NCBI RefSeq assembly: GCF_009914755.1
Contig: NC_060931.1
DNA from: the human T2T-CHM13v2.0 reference genome, Homo sapiens
DNA length: 64,000 nt
Direction: 5' to 3' (one strand)
Shown here piece after piece: positions 60,547-64,000 of the stretch (position 1 is its first letter; each line of letters starts with the position of its first letter). The notes beneath the pieces were generated by a model. It ran no database searches. It was not told the origin of the DNA and saw nothing but the letters and a program-made list of their open reading frames with translations. Made by a program: the position numbers and the translations under genes.

Positions 60547-61785
60547 TTATATTGCTAGCTTTTATGTATTCCACCCATGAATGATCTTGACCTCTTCCTC
60601 AAAAAATCCTCCACTTATCAGACGACAGACCGAATGAAAGAGGAGGGAAGCAAAACAATGAAACAATTTGTTTTAGCCTATGATAAATCACAGTATGGTC
60701 TGAAGGGTAACGTGCTTTCTAATATTTGGTTTTTAATCTTAGTTCATTTGGGTAGGGACAGATAAATATTTGCCCAGGAGAAACATCCTGCTTGGTTCAT
60801 TTGATTTTTAATAATCCTAACTCTACTCAGGTGACCTAGCAGCTGTGGCAGAGCATCAGGCCTCAGAGGTGGTGTCACTGCCAGTCAGCGTTGATGAGTA
60901 GTGACAGGCCGTGTCAGATGGTTGATTCACAGGGCTTTAGAGAGGTGCCAGGGGTTTGCAGGGCATAAGCAGGGTGCGGCAGCCAGGACCTATGAAGAAG
61001 TGGCCTCAGGCAGGGCTGGGCCTCCAACACCGCCCTGCTCTCCTGTTGCTGTGCCGCAAGGGTCTGCAGAGGGACCCTCCCCATGTGACTTCCTGCTGCC
61101 CTGTGCCGAGCACTCCTAGAGGATTTTCCTGAGGGTCATGGCCACTTGAGTCCAACAGAGGAACTGGCTGTGTATAGCTGTGTGTAAACCAGTTGTGCCT
61201 TTGAAGGAAGAATCATCTAATCTAAGGTTATTTTAAAGTAGTACTTTGTCGATTCCTAATACTGTCCCTTGCCATTTCCTGGGGATTTCCTCTACTTGAA
61301 ATCTGTGCACTCATTCGCTGCTGTCAGGCTGGATCCCATATGGCAGAAGCAAGGGGCTGTGCAGATCTGTGTAGCTGAAGGTGGGCTGCGAGCAGGGAGT
61401 AGAAGCACTCATCAGATGGCTTTTGTGTGGACAGGTCACTTGGTCCCCATCTGATTCCTTCATTTCCTTGGGCTCCAGTTTATTCCTGATGAAAGAGGGT
61501 TCCATCCAGGTTCTCTTTGGTGGGGTGGGGTAAGCTTCCAGGAGCTGGAGCTGGATCCTTTTTGATCCCCATTCACTTTCTTTATGAAGTCTCCACTTCT
61601 GCTCTCATTCTTTTTTTATTTCCAGAGTCAAGCTTTGCAGTTAAACAATTAGTAAACTGTAAAGAAATAATTTACAGTAAACTGTAAAGTGAAATACACC
61701 GGTATCCCCAGTACAAAGTGCTAAATAGATAATGTCTAAACAGCCCATTTGAGTGGTCTTTTTTCCTCTTCTTTTTACTCTCCTA

Positions 61786-61786
<1 letters not shown>

Positions 61787-61826
<40 letters not shown>
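61787..61826. repeat. (TG)20 microsatellite
   Basis: Read directly. Confidence 0.95.
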
Positions 61827-61829
<3 letters not shown>

Positions 61830-61834
61830 AATTA

Positions 61835-63065
61835 ATTGGATCAATATTTGGCTTAGGACAGTGAGCACACCCTATACCAGGCTCTGTGCTAAGTGCTGAG
61901 GATGGCAGCCCCAGCTCCCAGAGAATTCTGAGTCAATTTTGCAAGATAGACATTAAACAAATATATACATAAACAGTTCATTAGAATTATTTTTAAAACT
62001 GTCAAAAAATAATAACTACCGGGTACTATTCCCAGGCCTCTGTCATGGGGGAAGGGGAAGCACAGGGGAGGCCAAGGAGTGGGGGGTGTGGAGGAAGAAG
62101 GGCTGACGGCAGCTCAGGTCAGGCAGCAGGGACAGCACACTGACATCTCCAAGGAAGGGGTAAATAAGTGCCTCTGGAGACTGTAGGATTCCCAAGTGGC
62201 CAGAGTGTCACAGGTCAGGAGGAGGGAGGCAGCAGTGAGGTCAGGGAGGAGGGAGGACCAGATCCACTTTGCATGTTTGTATAAAGTAAGTCTCAAACTG
62301 GTATTTAGAGCTTTAGCCTAAAGGAAGTGTGAAGCCACTAAAACAAGGAAGGGCGACATCAGGTTTCCTTTTTCAATAAAGTGTTCTGTCCATTATGGAG
62401 ACTGTATTAAGAGCAAAGGTGCAGACGAGGAGGCCGGTTAGGCTCCATGGGAGTTGAGTGGGAGAGGGAGGTTTGGACCACGCTGGAGGAGGCAGAAATG
62501 GTGAGAGGCAGATGAATTCTAGAACCGTTAGGAGGTAGGAGCAGACGAACTCAGTGCTTGGTTGGACAAAAAGGATGAAGAAAGAGGACTGGAGAAAGAA
62601 AGCTGTCCAAGTTCCTGACAGGGAGCTCTAAGCGGCAGAGGAACCATGACTAAGGCTAGACTTTTAAGGGAAGCTTGGGCATAGGAATAAAGATCCTGAG
62701 TTTTTCTTGCATGGTGCTTGGGTGGCTGCGCAAAGCTCCAGTGGATGGGGACTGGGTCTGGACATCAGATGAGTGCTCTGACCTATCACAGAAATTGGAG
62801 AGTTGGCGATGTTCACATGGTAACTAAGGCCAGAGGCAGGGACATGGCCCTAGTGTGTTCCTTCTTGCGTCTTTTCCTAGTTGGACCTTCTCCAAGGAGG
62901 AAGGCAGTGCAGGGGAGCCTGCAGATGGGGCAGAGCTGGGGCAGCCTGAGAACCATCCAGGAAGCCAGTGGCTGTGGCAGGGAGCGGGAAGGAGCAAGGG
63001 TGCTGCACGGTGTGCGTCACCACTGAGAAGTCCAGTAGCGTCCACCAGGGCGTTGGACACAGAGC
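61835..63065 (-). mobile_element. L2 fragment
   Basis: ccaggctctgtgctaagtgctgaggat..gaagccact..ggaggcagaaatggtgagagg..agtagcgtccaccaggg. Confidence 0.6.
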
Positions 63066-64000
63066 AGGATCTCAGTACGTAGATGTTGAATTCTCTCCGT
63101 CTTCTATTCAGATCTGCTTGGACCAGGGTTGAGAACATAATCTCTGCACCCAGAATGCAAGCTTGCTACTTGTTTCTTACACGACTTCATTTGTCAGCAA
63201 AGCTTCAGGTTTCATCGGGGTTTGGGAATGCTGACATCATAGACTGCTTTTTTCTGGAATCAGGCCACATTGATTATTTTCATGGTGACTGTAACTCCCA
63301 AGGAAGATGAGGTTATAAAATCAGAATAAAGACGTATGAACCAAAACAATACCTGGATTAAGAGGGCCCTGATAGATGATGCCGTCAGCAACTGTCCCAT
63401 GCCTGGCATCTCTGCTCAAGTCCTGTATGCTAATTTTGGACATGGTAGCTCTAAAGTGCCAATGGTGAGACCAGTGATGCCAAGTTTATTGTGGTGACAG
63501 TCACTCCGCAGGACAACAAGTGGAAGGGGATGGCACTTCTTGAGTCTTTCCCATCTGAGTAAATGCCTGAGGGAGTAAGGGCACTGAAACAGGCAGTGAA
63601 TTTTCAGCAGTTTAACTGTAGATTCCCCTTCCTTTGTGGTTGAGGGAGCTTCAGGAGTGGATCATATGTGAGGATGCTTTTAGCTGGCCTTCTCAGACGG
63701 CTGGGAGAGCAGAACTTCTCTTTCCCCACAAACACCCACACCAGATCCTTGTTTCTTGAAAAAGAAAAAAAAAAATTCTAGGCTCATGAGTCTCATTCCT
63801 TAAATTAAAATTTAAAATCAAATCAAATTACTTATGGCACAGAATAATGTTGCTTGCAACTTTTTATCCACTTTATCAAAATGAGTGTGGTCCTTGTGTG
63901 ATTTTTCCTTTTGCACGTCGGTTGCCCAGGCCAGGTATCTTGGCGGGGGTGGGGGAAACAATGTTGTTTGTGTGGGTAATGTTGCTGATTTTGTTTGCTT

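Noticed and set aside
61595-61690. Polypyrimidine tract plus CAG at 61625 and a duplicated agtaaactgtaaag with a small hairpin
   Set aside because: No matching donor or ORF; the repeat is short enough to be slippage

Overview
Repeat-rich genomic DNA from a catarrhine primate (human-like): AluY, HERV-W LTR17, HERV-H LTR7 and HERV-E LTR2 are all present. I can support no protein-coding exon; the ORF track consists of Alu/L1/LTR translations and chance ORFs. The window holds about 24 Alu/FLAM copies, old L1 and L2 fragments, MIRs, DNA-transposon fossils (MER63, Tigger3a, MER5, MADE1, a decayed hAT transposase), a dozen or more LTR pieces with several nested insertions dated by target-site duplications (TSDs), a U7 retropseudogene and a U6/L1 chimeric retrocopy. 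Indirect evidence suggests a + strand promoter/first exon near 17.4-17.8 kb followed by a long intron, with a MER41 LTR carrying three intact STAT GAS sites about 1.7 kb upstream. I find no evidence for a new protein-based system. The best leads are that candidate ERV-derived enhancer/promoter module, an isolated 33-bp-arm hairpin at 8.6 kb, the U6/L1 chimera, a fold-back L1 at 34.2-34.5 kb and an Alu polarity flip at about 42-43 kb. Repeat subfamily names come from my recall of consensus sequences and need RepeatMasker/Dfam confirmation; the locus needs BLAT.
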